Translations under genes and position numbers: made by a program
From: an uncultured bacterium
Lineage (GTDB): Bacteria > Hydrogenedentota > Hydrogenedentia > Hydrogenedentales > JAEUWI01
NCBI GenBank assembly: GCA_963977445.1
Contig: CAXBPH010000103.1
Coordinates: 1 to 21,738, forward strand
DNA length: 21,738 bases
Direction: 5' to 3'
Notes under the pieces: model-generated
What the model was told of the DNA's origin: nothing
The model's database searches: none
Seen by the model: only the letters and a program-made list of their open reading frames with translations
In this document: positions 8,032-16,873 of the stretch, in pieces
How positions within the stretch are numbered: the stretch's first letter is position 1
Layout: each line of letters opens with the position of its first letter

Positions 8032-8901
8032 CTAGCGCCCACAGAGCTCGGCTGCGGTAACCGTGCCGGGAAGATTGGCCGCTGTAAATCCGAAGGGTGA
8101 AACCAATTTGCTGTGCGCATCACTTCCAATAAACTCAGTCAGAATCTCATTGACGCCGGTTACCAGCGACTGATCTTCCGGACGGAATCCAAAAGCGCCA
8201 TAGCCCTTTACCGAAACACCATCTATCACCGGATCCGTGAAGGGGGCAGCCTGCTCAATGGCCCCATCGGTGGTCTTGCCCATCAAATCCTGGATGGTCA
8301 AATCCGTCGCGGCAAAGGCATCGATGCGGCCTGCACGGACGCCATCCAAACCGCTAATGTTGTCTGGAAAAACTACAATTCGGTCGAGAGGCACATTGAG
8401 TTTTTTTGCATAACCATGTTCCACCGCACCAGCCATCACGCCCAGGCGCGCCGAGTCGTGGCTGGCGACCCCTTCAAAACTGTGAAGGTCCATGGGATTG
8501 CCTTCTGCTACGACAAAAGCTTCGCCAATGGTATAGGTCGGATTTGAAAAGGCGATTTGGGTGCACCGCTCCGGGGTTACATACATTCCAGCCGCGATCA
8601 CATCGAAACGATTGGCCTTTAATCCAGGTATGAGCGCGCCGAATTCTGTCAAAACACCTTTGACTTCGGTCACGCCCAGGGTCTTCATGACATAACGAAT
8701 TATTTCTGGCGCTTCGCCCGTCAGGCGATTAGACGCAGAATCCATATAGGCATAAGGGGCTTCGTTGGCATAGCCCACCCGAACAACGCCCGTTCGCTTA
8801 ATGCGTTCCAGGGTCGTTTCGCCGTCTGGACCCGACGTGCCCGGTTGGCATGCCGTGAGTCCCGCAAGGAAAAAGCAGAGTGCCCAATAGGAATACTTCA
8901 T
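8032..8901 (-). CDS. ehuB: Ectoine/hydroxyectoine ABC transporter substrate-binding lipoprotein
   Basis: GYANEAPYAY, LTGEAPE, TEFGALIPGL.ANRFDVIAAGMYVTPERC and GAFGFR. ATG 8901 gives MKYSYWALCFFLAGLTAC with an LTAC lipobox. Confidence 0.9.
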   Translation of the reverse strand: MKYSYWALCFFLAGLTACQPGTSGPDGETTLERIKRTGVVRVGYANEAPYAYMDSASNRLTGEAPEIIRYVMKTLGVTEVKGVLTEFGALIPGLKANRFDVIAAGMYVTPERCTQIAFSNPTYTIGEAFVVAEGNPMDLHSFEGVASHDSARLGVMAGAVEHGYAKKLNVPLDRIVVFPDNISGLDGVRAGRIDAFAATDLTIQDLMGKTTDGAIEQAAPFTDPVIDGVSVKGYGAFGFRPEDQSLVTGVNEILTEFIGSDAHSKLVSPFGFTAANLPGTVTAAELCGR

Positions 8902-8950
8902 TGCGTTCTTATCCGTTCCATCCCGCAGGATGTTGAGAGACGACGTTCGA

Positions 8951-9892
8951 CTAATCGGACACGCTTCCTGATTTTTTGATTTCTGCATTGAAATCTACCG
9001 GGATCAATGCCTCTGGTGAGCGGTTCCCGAGGTACCACGGGCGGCGATGCTCTGCCGCGTAGGGCTCTTCCAGGGCATTGTCCATGCTGTTGTATACGAA
9101 AAGAGCGTTTCTTCGTGGGTAGGGGGTGATATTGCTGTTGGAGCCATGCATCGTGTTGCTATCGAAAAGCAGCACCGAACCGGCCGCACCCTTGGGAATA
9201 GCGATGCCCCCCTGATCGGTGAGCCATTTCATTTGTTCGTCGCTGGGCACTCCGAAATCTTGTTTCTTGAGTGACTGCTGGTAGTGATTATCGGGGGTCA
9301 ACTCGGCACACTGACAAAAATATTTGTGAGAACCGGGCAACAGCATGAGCGGCCCGTTAAAATCATAGTTGTCGGTAAGCGCTATAGAACAGCTGATGGC
9401 ACGCATTTCCGGCATGCCATCCTCCGTGTGCCAGGTCTCAAAATCGGAATGCCAATAGAATTCCTTCCCGCGAAATCCCGGCTTGAGATTCAGACGGGTC
9501 TGGTGAAGATAGACTTCTGTACCCAAGAGATGACGGACGATGTCCAGCAGACGGCTATCCCGCGAAAGCTTGGAAAATAGGTCACTCACCGTCTGAACCG
9601 CAAAAATAGAACGTGTCTCACCGCTCGTCGGCTCGGTGACTGCAAGCTCCGACTGACGAACTTTCTCGTAGACCCGCAGGCGTTCCGCCTCTTCGTGCAA
9701 CGTGGCAACCGATTCCTCATCATAGAATGAATCGAGAAACAGAAAACCATCTTCTTCATAAGAATTCAGTTGCGCGACGGTGAGGGGACCACCCGTTTTT
9801 CGGGCGTTTCCCGCGACAATTGGCTCTTCTCTAGGTAGAATCTGTTCCAGGCCGTCTGTTCTGCTGGGATACTTATCGTTAACTAATTCCAT
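8951..9892 (-). CDS. ectD: Ectoine hydroxylase (Fe(II)/2-oxoglutarate dioxygenase)
   Basis: EctD signature FYWHSDFETWHTEDGMP, plus MHGSNSNITPYPR and N-terminal D.YPSR. Confidence 0.96.
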   Translation of the reverse strand: MELVNDKYPSRTDGLEQILPREEPIVAGNARKTGGPLTVAQLNSYEEDGFLFLDSFYDEESVATLHEEAERLRVYEKVRQSELAVTEPTSGETRSIFAVQTVSDLFSKLSRDSRLLDIVRHLLGTEVYLHQTRLNLKPGFRGKEFYWHSDFETWHTEDGMPEMRAISCSIALTDNYDFNGPLMLLPGSHKYFCQCAELTPDNHYQQSLKKQDFGVPSDEQMKWLTDQGGIAIPKGAAGSVLLFDSNTMHGSNSNITPYPRRNALFVYNSMDNALEEPYAAEHRRPWYLGNRSPEALIPVDFNAEIKKSGSVSD

Positions 9893-9912
9893 TGCCTGTA
9901 CTTCCCGTTTCG

Positions 9913-10326
9913 TTATGATTGCCCATTACCTGCGAGAGAGCCTTCTTCGAGGAGTGGATAGGCCCCATCCTTATCGTGGGTTTCCCGCCCCGTACACGGC
10001 GGGTTAAACACGCAAACCATCTTGAGATTGGAGCGTGCGCGCAGGACGTGTCGATCATGGGCGTTCAGGGCATACAAGGTCCCCTCGGTAATGATGTGTT
10101 TCTCACCCGTAGCCAGATCTTCCAACTCGCCCTCACCACCTATACACAACACGGCTTCCAAGTGGTTTTTGTACCACATTTTCGTTTCCGTGCCGGCGAA
10201 AAGGGTCGTCACATGAAACGAAACACCCATGCCATCCTCGGCTAGAAGCAAGCGCATGCTGACCCACGTAGGGGCGTTCACTTCGCGAGGCGTACCACGA
10301 AGATCTTCCAGACTCCGAATTATCAT
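9913..10326 (-). CDS. ectC: Ectoine synthase
   Basis: WYKNHLEAVLCIGGEGE, GTLYALNAHDRH and CVFNPP.TGRETHD cupin motifs. ATGA overlap with ectB. Confidence 0.96.
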   Translation of the reverse strand: MIIRSLEDLRGTPREVNAPTWVSMRLLLAEDGMGVSFHVTTLFAGTETKMWYKNHLEAVLCIGGEGELEDLATGEKHIITEGTLYALNAHDRHVLRARSNLKMVCVFNPPCTGRETHDKDGAYPLLEEGSLAGNGQS

Positions 10327-11651
10327 ACGCGCACTTCCATGAGCCCCGCGGTAAGCTCAGGAAATCCCTCCAGCGCCGCGCTGAGCGATGCCTCGAAAAT
10401 GTCCAGCCCGTCTTCCAATACCGAGGCTTCGGTCGTCAAAGGCGGCAGGAATTTAACCACCTGGTCATTGGCACCACTGGTTTCCAGAATAAGCCCCCGC
10501 TTGAAGGCTTCCTTGCAAATAGAACCCGCAAGTTCTGCTGGCGCACACTCTACACCAAACACAAGACCACGCCCGCGAACACCGACTATACCAGGATTCT
10601 CTTCCCGAATACGGTGAAGCTGTTTACCGACGATCCAGGATTTTTGTTTAATCTCTTTGGAGAAGGTCCCATTCGCCCAGAAGGTTTCGATCATGGCCCG
10701 TGCGGTTACAAAAGCGAGATTGTTACCACGGAAGGTGCCGTTGTGCTGACCGGGTTTCCACTGATCATACTTGGGCTTCATGAGCACAACCGCGAGGGGA
10801 AGGCCAATACCACTGAGGGACTTGGACAGGGTGACGATGTCGGGGTCAATGCCGGCCTCTTCAAAACTGAAGAAGGTACCCGTACGCCCACAACCCATTT
10901 GGATATCGTCGACGATAAAGATGATGTCGTTATCTTTACAAAGGCGCTCAAGACCACGAAGCCACTCATAGCTCGCTTCGTTGATGCCGCCTTCACCCTG
11001 AATGGTTTCTACAATCACAGCCGCTGGCTTATCAAGACCACTACTGTTATCCACCAACATCTTCTCAAAGTAGAGCAAGGTGTTCATATGCTCACCAAGA
11101 TAGCCGTCATAGGGCATGAAGGTCGTTTGATTCAAATCGACCCCAGCTGCATCGCGGTAATATGAGTTACCAGTCGCCGCAACAGAACCCAACGTCATCC
11201 CATGAAATCCATTGGTGAACGACACGATATTCGTACGCCCGGTGACGTTGCGGGCAATTTTCATGGCCGCCTCCACCGCATTCGTTCCCGTGGGTCCCGT
11301 AAACTGGACCTTATAATTCATCTCACGGGGTCCCAGAATGCGACGCTGGAAGGTCTCGAGAAAGGCGCGTTTGGCGGTCGAATACATATCCAAGCCATGG
11401 ATAACGCCATCCTCCATGATGTAATCAAGCATGGCGCGCTTCAATGCCGGGTGGTTGTGCCCATAATTGAGCGTTCCAGCCCCGGCAAGGAAATCTATAT
11501 AATTTTCGCCGGACTCGTCGCGAAGCGTCGTGCCCTGTCCCTGGCAAAACACCGTGGGAAAAGAGCGACAGTAGCCGCGAACTTCCGACTCCATTTTTTC
11601 AAAAATAGCCGTATCTTGTTTTGTTACTGTAGTTCCTGTGTCGTCACTCAT
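10323..11651 (-). CDS. ectB: Diaminobutyrate--2-oxoglutarate transaminase
   Basis: ESEVRGYCRSFP, DFLAGAGTLNYGHN, GPTGTNAVEAA, DDIQMGCGRTG, PLP lysine in LSKSLSG, and HNGTFRGNN. Confidence 0.96.
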   Translation of the reverse strand: MSDDTGTTVTKQDTAIFEKMESEVRGYCRSFPTVFCQGQGTTLRDESGENYIDFLAGAGTLNYGHNHPALKRAMLDYIMEDGVIHGLDMYSTAKRAFLETFQRRILGPREMNYKVQFTGPTGTNAVEAAMKIARNVTGRTNIVSFTNGFHGMTLGSVAATGNSYYRDAAGVDLNQTTFMPYDGYLGEHMNTLLYFEKMLVDNSSGLDKPAAVIVETIQGEGGINEASYEWLRGLERLCKDNDIIFIVDDIQMGCGRTGTFFSFEEAGIDPDIVTLSKSLSGIGLPLAVVLMKPKYDQWKPGQHNGTFRGNNLAFVTARAMIETFWANGTFSKEIKQKSWIVGKQLHRIREENPGIVGVRGRGLVFGVECAPAELAGSICKEAFKRGLILETSGANDQVVKFLPPLTTEASVLEDGLDIFEASLSAALEGFPELTAGLMEVRV

Positions 11652-11654
11652 TAG

Positions 11655-12194
11655 TTATTGATTCTCCTTATGTTTCTCTGGCGCGATAGGGCCAATACGA
11701 TATAGATGTTCTGGCTCATGACTATCGACACCAAAGAAGTCTTCTGAAAAATAGGGGGCAATGTCCAACGGAACATCATTATCTCGTGCAAAACGGCGAA
11801 AAAGGCCGTCCGACGCGAGATTAGTGGGTGCCACAGTGGCCTCCACATAGCGAATACCCCGGGATTGCGCACCTTCAACCAACGCACTCAACATGCGAGA
11901 GCCGAGCCCCGCACCCCGCGCACGACCGTCAACTGCAATTTGCCATACAAAAATGGCATCCGGACGCGAAGGGGGACTATAGCCAACTATTGCACCAACA
12001 AGACCCGCTTCATCCTCTGCCAGCAGGCAGGTTGAAGTAAAATCAGTGCAAAAGAGCACATAGGCATAGGTCGTGTTGGGCTCAAGCGGTGCACAACGTT
12101 CTATCAGGGCTTTGAGGGGCGCGCCGTCCGTAGATGCTGGATTGCGAAAAACAAGTTTTTTTAACGGCGTATCTGAGTTGCTCATAAACCTCAT
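11655..12194 (-). CDS. ectA: L-2,4-diaminobutyrate acetyltransferase
   Basis: LEPNTTYAY, FVWQIAV, acetyl-CoA motif RGAGLG, and EATVAPTNLAS. It ends 3 nt before the ectB start. An alternative start is ATG 12185. Confidence 0.93.
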   Translation of the reverse strand: MRFMSNSDTPLKKLVFRNPASTDGAPLKALIERCAPLEPNTTYAYVLFCTDFTSTCLLAEDEAGLVGAIVGYSPPSRPDAIFVWQIAVDGRARGAGLGSRMLSALVEGAQSRGIRYVEATVAPTNLASDGLFRRFARDNDVPLDIAPYFSEDFFGVDSHEPEHLYRIGPIAPEKHKENQ

Positions 12195-12221
12195 ATTCCT
12201 GACAGAAATAATACTCTCTCA

Positions 12222-12243
12222 AATCATTTGAATACAAACGATT
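12222..12243. promoter_or_regulatory. 22-bp imperfect palindrome, candidate MarR (EctR/CosR) operator
   Basis: AATCATTTGAATACAAACGATT matches its reverse complement at 18/22 positions. It overlaps the ectA -10 box and the expected transcription start. Confidence 0.7.
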
Positions 12244-12269
12244 ATAGCAAGAATAAAAAATTTCTGCAA
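12241..12269 (-). promoter_or_regulatory. Sigma70 promoter of the ect-ehu operon
   Basis: On the minus strand: TTGCAG (12269-12264), 17-bp spacer, TG-C-TATAAT (12246-12241). T-rich, UP-element-like tracts lie upstream, in the most visibly AT-rich island of the window. Confidence 0.85.
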
Positions 12270-12309
12270 ATAAAAAGGGAAATTTAACAAAAACCAAGGC
12301 GCGCTCGGT

Positions 12310-12888
12310 CTATTCCGAGCGCTCGGCCGACTGTGGCATCTGACCCAAATCCAGAATAGGTGCCGCGTCAATGTCCTTGGCGGCCATTAATTCGACGATG
12401 CGCTCCAGGGAGAGGGCAATGGCAGTCTGCTCCAGTTCGGGGAGCTCATGGAGCGCCGAGGCAAACACATCCTGAAGTGGGGAAGGGGCCGAGCTCACAA
12501 GAGTCCGTGCGGTCTCCGTCGCGGACACATGAACCAGTCGTCGGTCCTGCGTACTTCGCTCCCGAATGATGAGTCCCTTCGTTTCCAATCGATCCAGTAT
12601 GCCCACCACGGTGCTATTACTGAGGTGTACCTGTCGGCCAATATCGGACGCCGTCATGGGACCTTGTTCCGTGATGCACAACAAGGTGACCAACTGGGGC
12701 CCCGTGATCTTGTGCTGACTGGCCAGCTTGCGGGAGTGGATATCGACTGCTTGAATAATACGTCGAAGGGCACGGAGTATGCGCAGGTCACGCTGTTGTG
12801 TCTGGGTAGTGCTATCTCCCACGGCACCGCTGGAAACTGATTTCCCCAGATCCTGGGGAGGTGGTGTTGAAACATTTTTCTTCTGCAT
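12310..12888 (-). CDS. ectR: MarR-family transcriptional regulator, EctR/CosR-like
   Basis: ILRALRRIIQAVDIHSRKL...ITGPQL...LSNSTVVGILDRLE.KGLI.RERSTQDRR...APSPLQ...IDAAPIL, directly upstream of ectA. ATG 12888 has an AGGA RBS. Confidence 0.85.
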   Translation of the reverse strand: MQKKNVSTPPPQDLGKSVSSGAVGDSTTQTQQRDLRILRALRRIIQAVDIHSRKLASQHKITGPQLVTLLCITEQGPMTASDIGRQVHLSNSTVVGILDRLETKGLIIRERSTQDRRLVHVSATETARTLVSSAPSPLQDVFASALHELPELEQTAIALSLERIVELMAAKDIDAAPILDLGQMPQSAERSE

Positions 12889-12984
12889 TGGGGGTCCTGT
12901 TGTGATTAACTTGGACCCATAGTATAACTGACAGACGCCTACGCAGGCCACCCGCACTATCTGGCGTGTAACATTTCGGAGTTC

Positions 12985-15363
12985 CTAATCGGGGATTACA
13001 CGAAATTCTTGAACGGACCAACCCGGCTCTGAGGTGCTTCCCGTTTGGACCACACGAATCACCTGACCCGTCACCGGACTAAAGGAAATCCTGGTCTTCC
13101 CTTCAACGCCCACACCCTTCGCGACGGGTTCACCAGGGGGCGCACCACGGTCAAATACATAAACTTCGTAGGCCTTGGGGAAGCGGGTTACATCACGCGA
13201 ATTATCCAGTTCAATCCCCTTTATCCGTGCAGGCAGTGACATATCCAACGCAATCCATTGCCCCGCCACTTGGGATTCGCCACCATCCCACTTCGTATTT
13301 ATTTCCCCATCGATCATATGGGCCGCCTGCTCCCCGTGGACCGATGCCGTTGCGGTGTAGAAGTGGCTACGTATTTTCTCTGCAGCCCGCGCCGCCGCCT
13401 CGTGCACCTCCTCACGCCCCAGAAAACTTTCCGCCAAACTTAGCGCCGTCGGCCCTTCCAACTCCGACAGAACCGACAGCACGTGCCGCACCAGCTCAGC
13501 GTCTTTGGAAAGTTTCAGCACATCCTGAAGACCCGCAAGGCTGGCGTCCACGCTTGGTTTCCCAGGCAAACGCAACATACGGATATACCCTTCCAGTGCA
13601 GCGATACGTTTCGCCTCAACGTCCGTTTCGCCTGCCAATGCCAGCACCGCATCACGGGGTGTCGCCGTGGGCCAACCTACCAACGCATCAAACCCAAACT
13701 GGTGCTCCAGAGAGTCCGACGAATTCAGCGCCTCCGTCACCAGCGGGAGGAACGAATCATCGCCCAACTCACGATAGACCGCCAGCAAAGCACCTCGGGT
13801 AATCGAGCTAGGCGCGACCCCATACATTTCCGTAAACATTGCGCTGCGGGCTTCGCCCGGTAACGCCCGCCGTCCTATGGCCACCAGCGCACGGGAGGCC
13901 ATCTTCCGAGAATCTTCAGAATCCATGAGGAGATAGCGCTCAAATACGGCGGGAAGCTCCTCCATTACAGCCAGTTGTCCAATCGCCTTGAAGGCCCCTT
14001 CCCGCACCTCGCCCGATTCCTCGCCTGCCGTCTGTAGCAACTGCGGTACCGCAGCGCGGACACGACGGGCAGCCAGAATATCCATCAGGGCCACCTGGGT
14101 CGCTGGCCCGGATCCATCCAACAGCTGTAACAGGGCCGCATTCACCCCGAGGTCGGCCATGTTACGCAAACTCTCTCCAGCAACCTGTGCCCGTTCTTCA
14201 TCATCGCCCATGAGCACGTCGACCAGGAGAGGTACGTGGGTCTCGTTACCCAAGGTCCCCAGGGCGTGAAGTGCCGCAAGCTGTACCGGGCCGACGAGAC
14301 TCTCAAAGGCTTCAATGACACCCCCAATTGCCACCGGATCAGCCCGATCGGCCAACGCGTCAATCAGGACAACCTTCATCTCGTCGTTCAGCTGCGCCAA
14401 GGCCGCGCTAAAATACTCCGTCGCCACCGAAGTCCCCGCCGTGCGCACGCAACTAAGTGCGGCCGCTATCCAGGCGGCTTCGCCGGATACCAGACGTTCG
14501 AGGACAACAGGCACAGCGAGGTCCCCCTGCACCGCGACCAGACCATGGAAGGCCCCGATACGCGTTACCTCGGGCAATTCGGGAGCCATAAGTTCTTTGT
14601 AGAGTCGCGTCGCTTCCGACCTGTTCCCTGATTCCCCATAGTGGTCGGCACAGGCAAGAAGGGAGGCGAGAATCTCCGTATGGAGGGACTCCGGCAAGGT
14701 CGCATGGGCATGACGCAACGCAAGTTCCACCGACGGACCACCGAGACGTCCCAACCCGATGATAGCGGCGCGCACCACGACGTCATTGTCATGCAGGAGA
14801 AGTTGGCTGAGGTGGGCAGGCGCACCCACACCACCGCGGGCAGCCAGGCTTGACACAAGTCCCGCCGCGACCGTTCCGTCTACCGACGGAATCGCGCTCC
14901 AGAGTAATTCATCCACCTTGCTACTGGGCATGACCTCCAGCGCATAACGGGCCATGTGGGCCAGGTCGGGATTGAGCAAAAGCGGGAGCAACTCATCGAT
15001 TTGCCCTTCACCACCGATCAGATACAGTTGCCTGCATACAAAGGCTTTGAATTCATCGGTGCTGGCGCTATCGCTCAGTAGGGACGCCAGGGTATCGGCC
15101 AGGGCCGTTCTCGCTCCATCGTCGGTCTGAGCCTGGACGACCGCCTCCCGGATATAATCCAGCGCCGCACCATCTGCGCCATACGTATAGGCCTGGGCCA
15201 ATGGGAGGGCTTGGGTAAGGGATTCGATGTCGGCCGCAGCGGCCCCTACGCTGAAGCAGGCCAACACCCACGAAAAAACCAGGGACCACCCGTTTCGCGT
15301 GCGCCCCGCAGAAGAAATCGACATGATTACGCTGTTCCACTTCATTTTTATGGCGGCCCTCAT
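12985..15363 (-). CDS. Secreted HEAT/PBS-lyase-repeat protein with C-terminal discoidin (F5/8 type C, CBM32-like) domain
   Basis: Hydrophobic signal ending AAAA-D. Repeated helical units (ARYALEVMP, VRAAIIGLGRLG, QLAALHALGTLG, VREGAFKAIGQL). C-terminal ATAS...MIDG...TKW...GQWIALDM...WSVQEF. The exact start is uncertain; 15363 gives an ATGA overlap. Confidence 0.8.
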   Translation of the reverse strand: MRAAIKMKWNSVIMSISSAGRTRNGWSLVFSWVLACFSVGAAAADIESLTQALPLAQAYTYGADGAALDYIREAVVQAQTDDGARTALADTLASLLSDSASTDEFKAFVCRQLYLIGGEGQIDELLPLLLNPDLAHMARYALEVMPSSKVDELLWSAIPSVDGTVAAGLVSSLAARGGVGAPAHLSQLLLHDNDVVVRAAIIGLGRLGGPSVELALRHAHATLPESLHTEILASLLACADHYGESGNRSEATRLYKELMAPELPEVTRIGAFHGLVAVQGDLAVPVVLERLVSGEAAWIAAALSCVRTAGTSVATEYFSAALAQLNDEMKVVLIDALADRADPVAIGGVIEAFESLVGPVQLAALHALGTLGNETHVPLLVDVLMGDDEERAQVAGESLRNMADLGVNAALLQLLDGSGPATQVALMDILAARRVRAAVPQLLQTAGEESGEVREGAFKAIGQLAVMEELPAVFERYLLMDSEDSRKMASRALVAIGRRALPGEARSAMFTEMYGVAPSSITRGALLAVYRELGDDSFLPLVTEALNSSDSLEHQFGFDALVGWPTATPRDAVLALAGETDVEAKRIAALEGYIRMLRLPGKPSVDASLAGLQDVLKLSKDAELVRHVLSVLSELEGPTALSLAESFLGREEVHEAAARAAEKIRSHFYTATASVHGEQAAHMIDGEINTKWDGGESQVAGQWIALDMSLPARIKGIELDNSRDVTRFPKAYEVYVFDRGAPPGEPVAKGVGVEGKTRISFSPVTGQVIRVVQTGSTSEPGWSVQEFRVIPD

Positions 15364-16691
15364 GATACGCTCCAGGGCTCGCGCATGGGGCGATTGAGTA
15401 GGCGATTGGCTTCGGGATCGTCCACAAAAACTTCGTCATCCGGATTCCATTTGAGGGGACGTTTCAACCAGTAGGCAATATTACCCAGGTGACAGACATT
15501 GGCCGTGTGATGGCCAATTTCCGGCGTGCAGATACATTCCTTGCGGGTACGAATACCTTCCAACCAATTGTCTTTGTGATTGCGACTCCGGTAGAGACGA
15601 TCTTCTCCGGGACCAATGGTGTCGAGCTTAATATTTACGGGCTCGGTCTCCAGATATTGTCCCCGGTTTACGCGGACAATCCCCTCATCGCCGATCCACT
15701 CCACGGCAGCACCACGACCACTGCCGCCTGCGCCGCCGTGATACATGCGCACCCCATTGGCATAGACGTAGCAAAGTCGGCTTTCGCCGCCCTCCACGGG
15801 CGGGATAACCTCCACGGGGCCCGTCTTATCCATACCCAAACCCCACTGGGCAATATCGAAGTGGTGGGCACCAAAATCCGTCATGCTTCCACCGGCATAG
15901 TCCCGATAGTAGCGCCAACGCGCCCAGCCATCAAAGGAAGTGGGGGGGCACAACACCGAACTGTAGGGCCGCCAGGGGCAGGGGCCCAACCACATGTTCC
16001 AGTCCAACCCTTCAGGCACGGCTTCCGCGGGCAACGAGGTATCTTCCGGCGGCCCACCCACATTCACATTGACGGTGTGAACCGTGCCTACGCGACCATT
16101 GCGGACGAGTTCGCAGGCGTGGTGAAAGGCCGTATCGGAACGCTGCATGCTGCCCACCTGGAGTATGCGACCGAAACGGCGAACGGCACGAACAATGGCC
16201 TGACCTTCACCAATGGTGCGGGCCAGCGGTTTTTCGAGATAAATGTCTTTACCGTTTTGGGCGGCTTCGACCGCCTGCAAGGCATGCCAGTGGTTTGGCG
16301 TTGCAATGATCACGCCGTCTATATCGCCCCGGGCACACAATTCCCGGTAGTCGCCATAGGTATCACAACCCTTGTAGCTACCCTGGCCATCCCGCTCGGC
16401 GTAGAAGGCCTCCGTCTCTGCCGCGTGGGCTTCCCGCCGACCTTTTTCTACATCGTTGATAGCCAACACCTGGACGCCCTTATCCTGGCGAAACGTATTC
16501 AGGTGACCTTGGGCCATTTTGCCGATACCGATGAAGCCGATGGTGATCCGGTTACTTGGTGCGGTGGCCCCATCGAGGCCCAGCGCGGAACCCGGTATAA
16601 TCCAGGGAAACCCCGTCACGGCGGTTGCCGCAAGTCCCTGTTTCATAAAGCGACGGCGGGACAACTGGGCCGTATTCACCGATGTGGACAT
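15360..16691 (-). CDS. Tat-exported Gfo/Idh/MocA family NAD-dependent oxidoreductase
   Basis: Tat motif SRRRFMK, Rossmann IGFIGIGKMA, ATPNHWH, YLEKP and DFGAHHFD. ATG 16691 has a GGAGG RBS. Confidence 0.92.
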   Translation of the reverse strand: MSTSVNTAQLSRRRFMKQGLAATAVTGFPWIIPGSALGLDGATAPSNRITIGFIGIGKMAQGHLNTFRQDKGVQVLAINDVEKGRREAHAAETEAFYAERDGQGSYKGCDTYGDYRELCARGDIDGVIIATPNHWHALQAVEAAQNGKDIYLEKPLARTIGEGQAIVRAVRRFGRILQVGSMQRSDTAFHHACELVRNGRVGTVHTVNVNVGGPPEDTSLPAEAVPEGLDWNMWLGPCPWRPYSSVLCPPTSFDGWARWRYYRDYAGGSMTDFGAHHFDIAQWGLGMDKTGPVEVIPPVEGGESRLCYVYANGVRMYHGGAGGSGRGAAVEWIGDEGIVRVNRGQYLETEPVNIKLDTIGPGEDRLYRSRNHKDNWLEGIRTRKECICTPEIGHHTANVCHLGNIAYWLKRPLKWNPDDEVFVDDPEANRLLNRPMREPWSVS

Positions 16692-16789
16692 AACTGATTC
16701 GCCTCCGTTTTTTGGGGACCCATACACGCCCAATCCAAAGACGAGCGGACGACGTCTGGTGGAAAATTTTGATTGGAGCGAGCAAGGAA

Positions 16790-16817
16790 TTTACATTCTT
16801 GTGCGAATCCTTATAAT
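16790..16817 (+). promoter_or_regulatory. Sigma70-type promoter for the aidB-like gene
   Basis: TTTACA (16790-16795), 16-bp spacer, TATAAT (16812-16817), upstream of an AGGAG RBS and ATG 16874. Confidence 0.65.
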
Positions 16818-16873
16818 AGGGAATCCCTCACGGGCTTTACCAACCTTTGTGGACAACCAGGAGAGCCACCACA

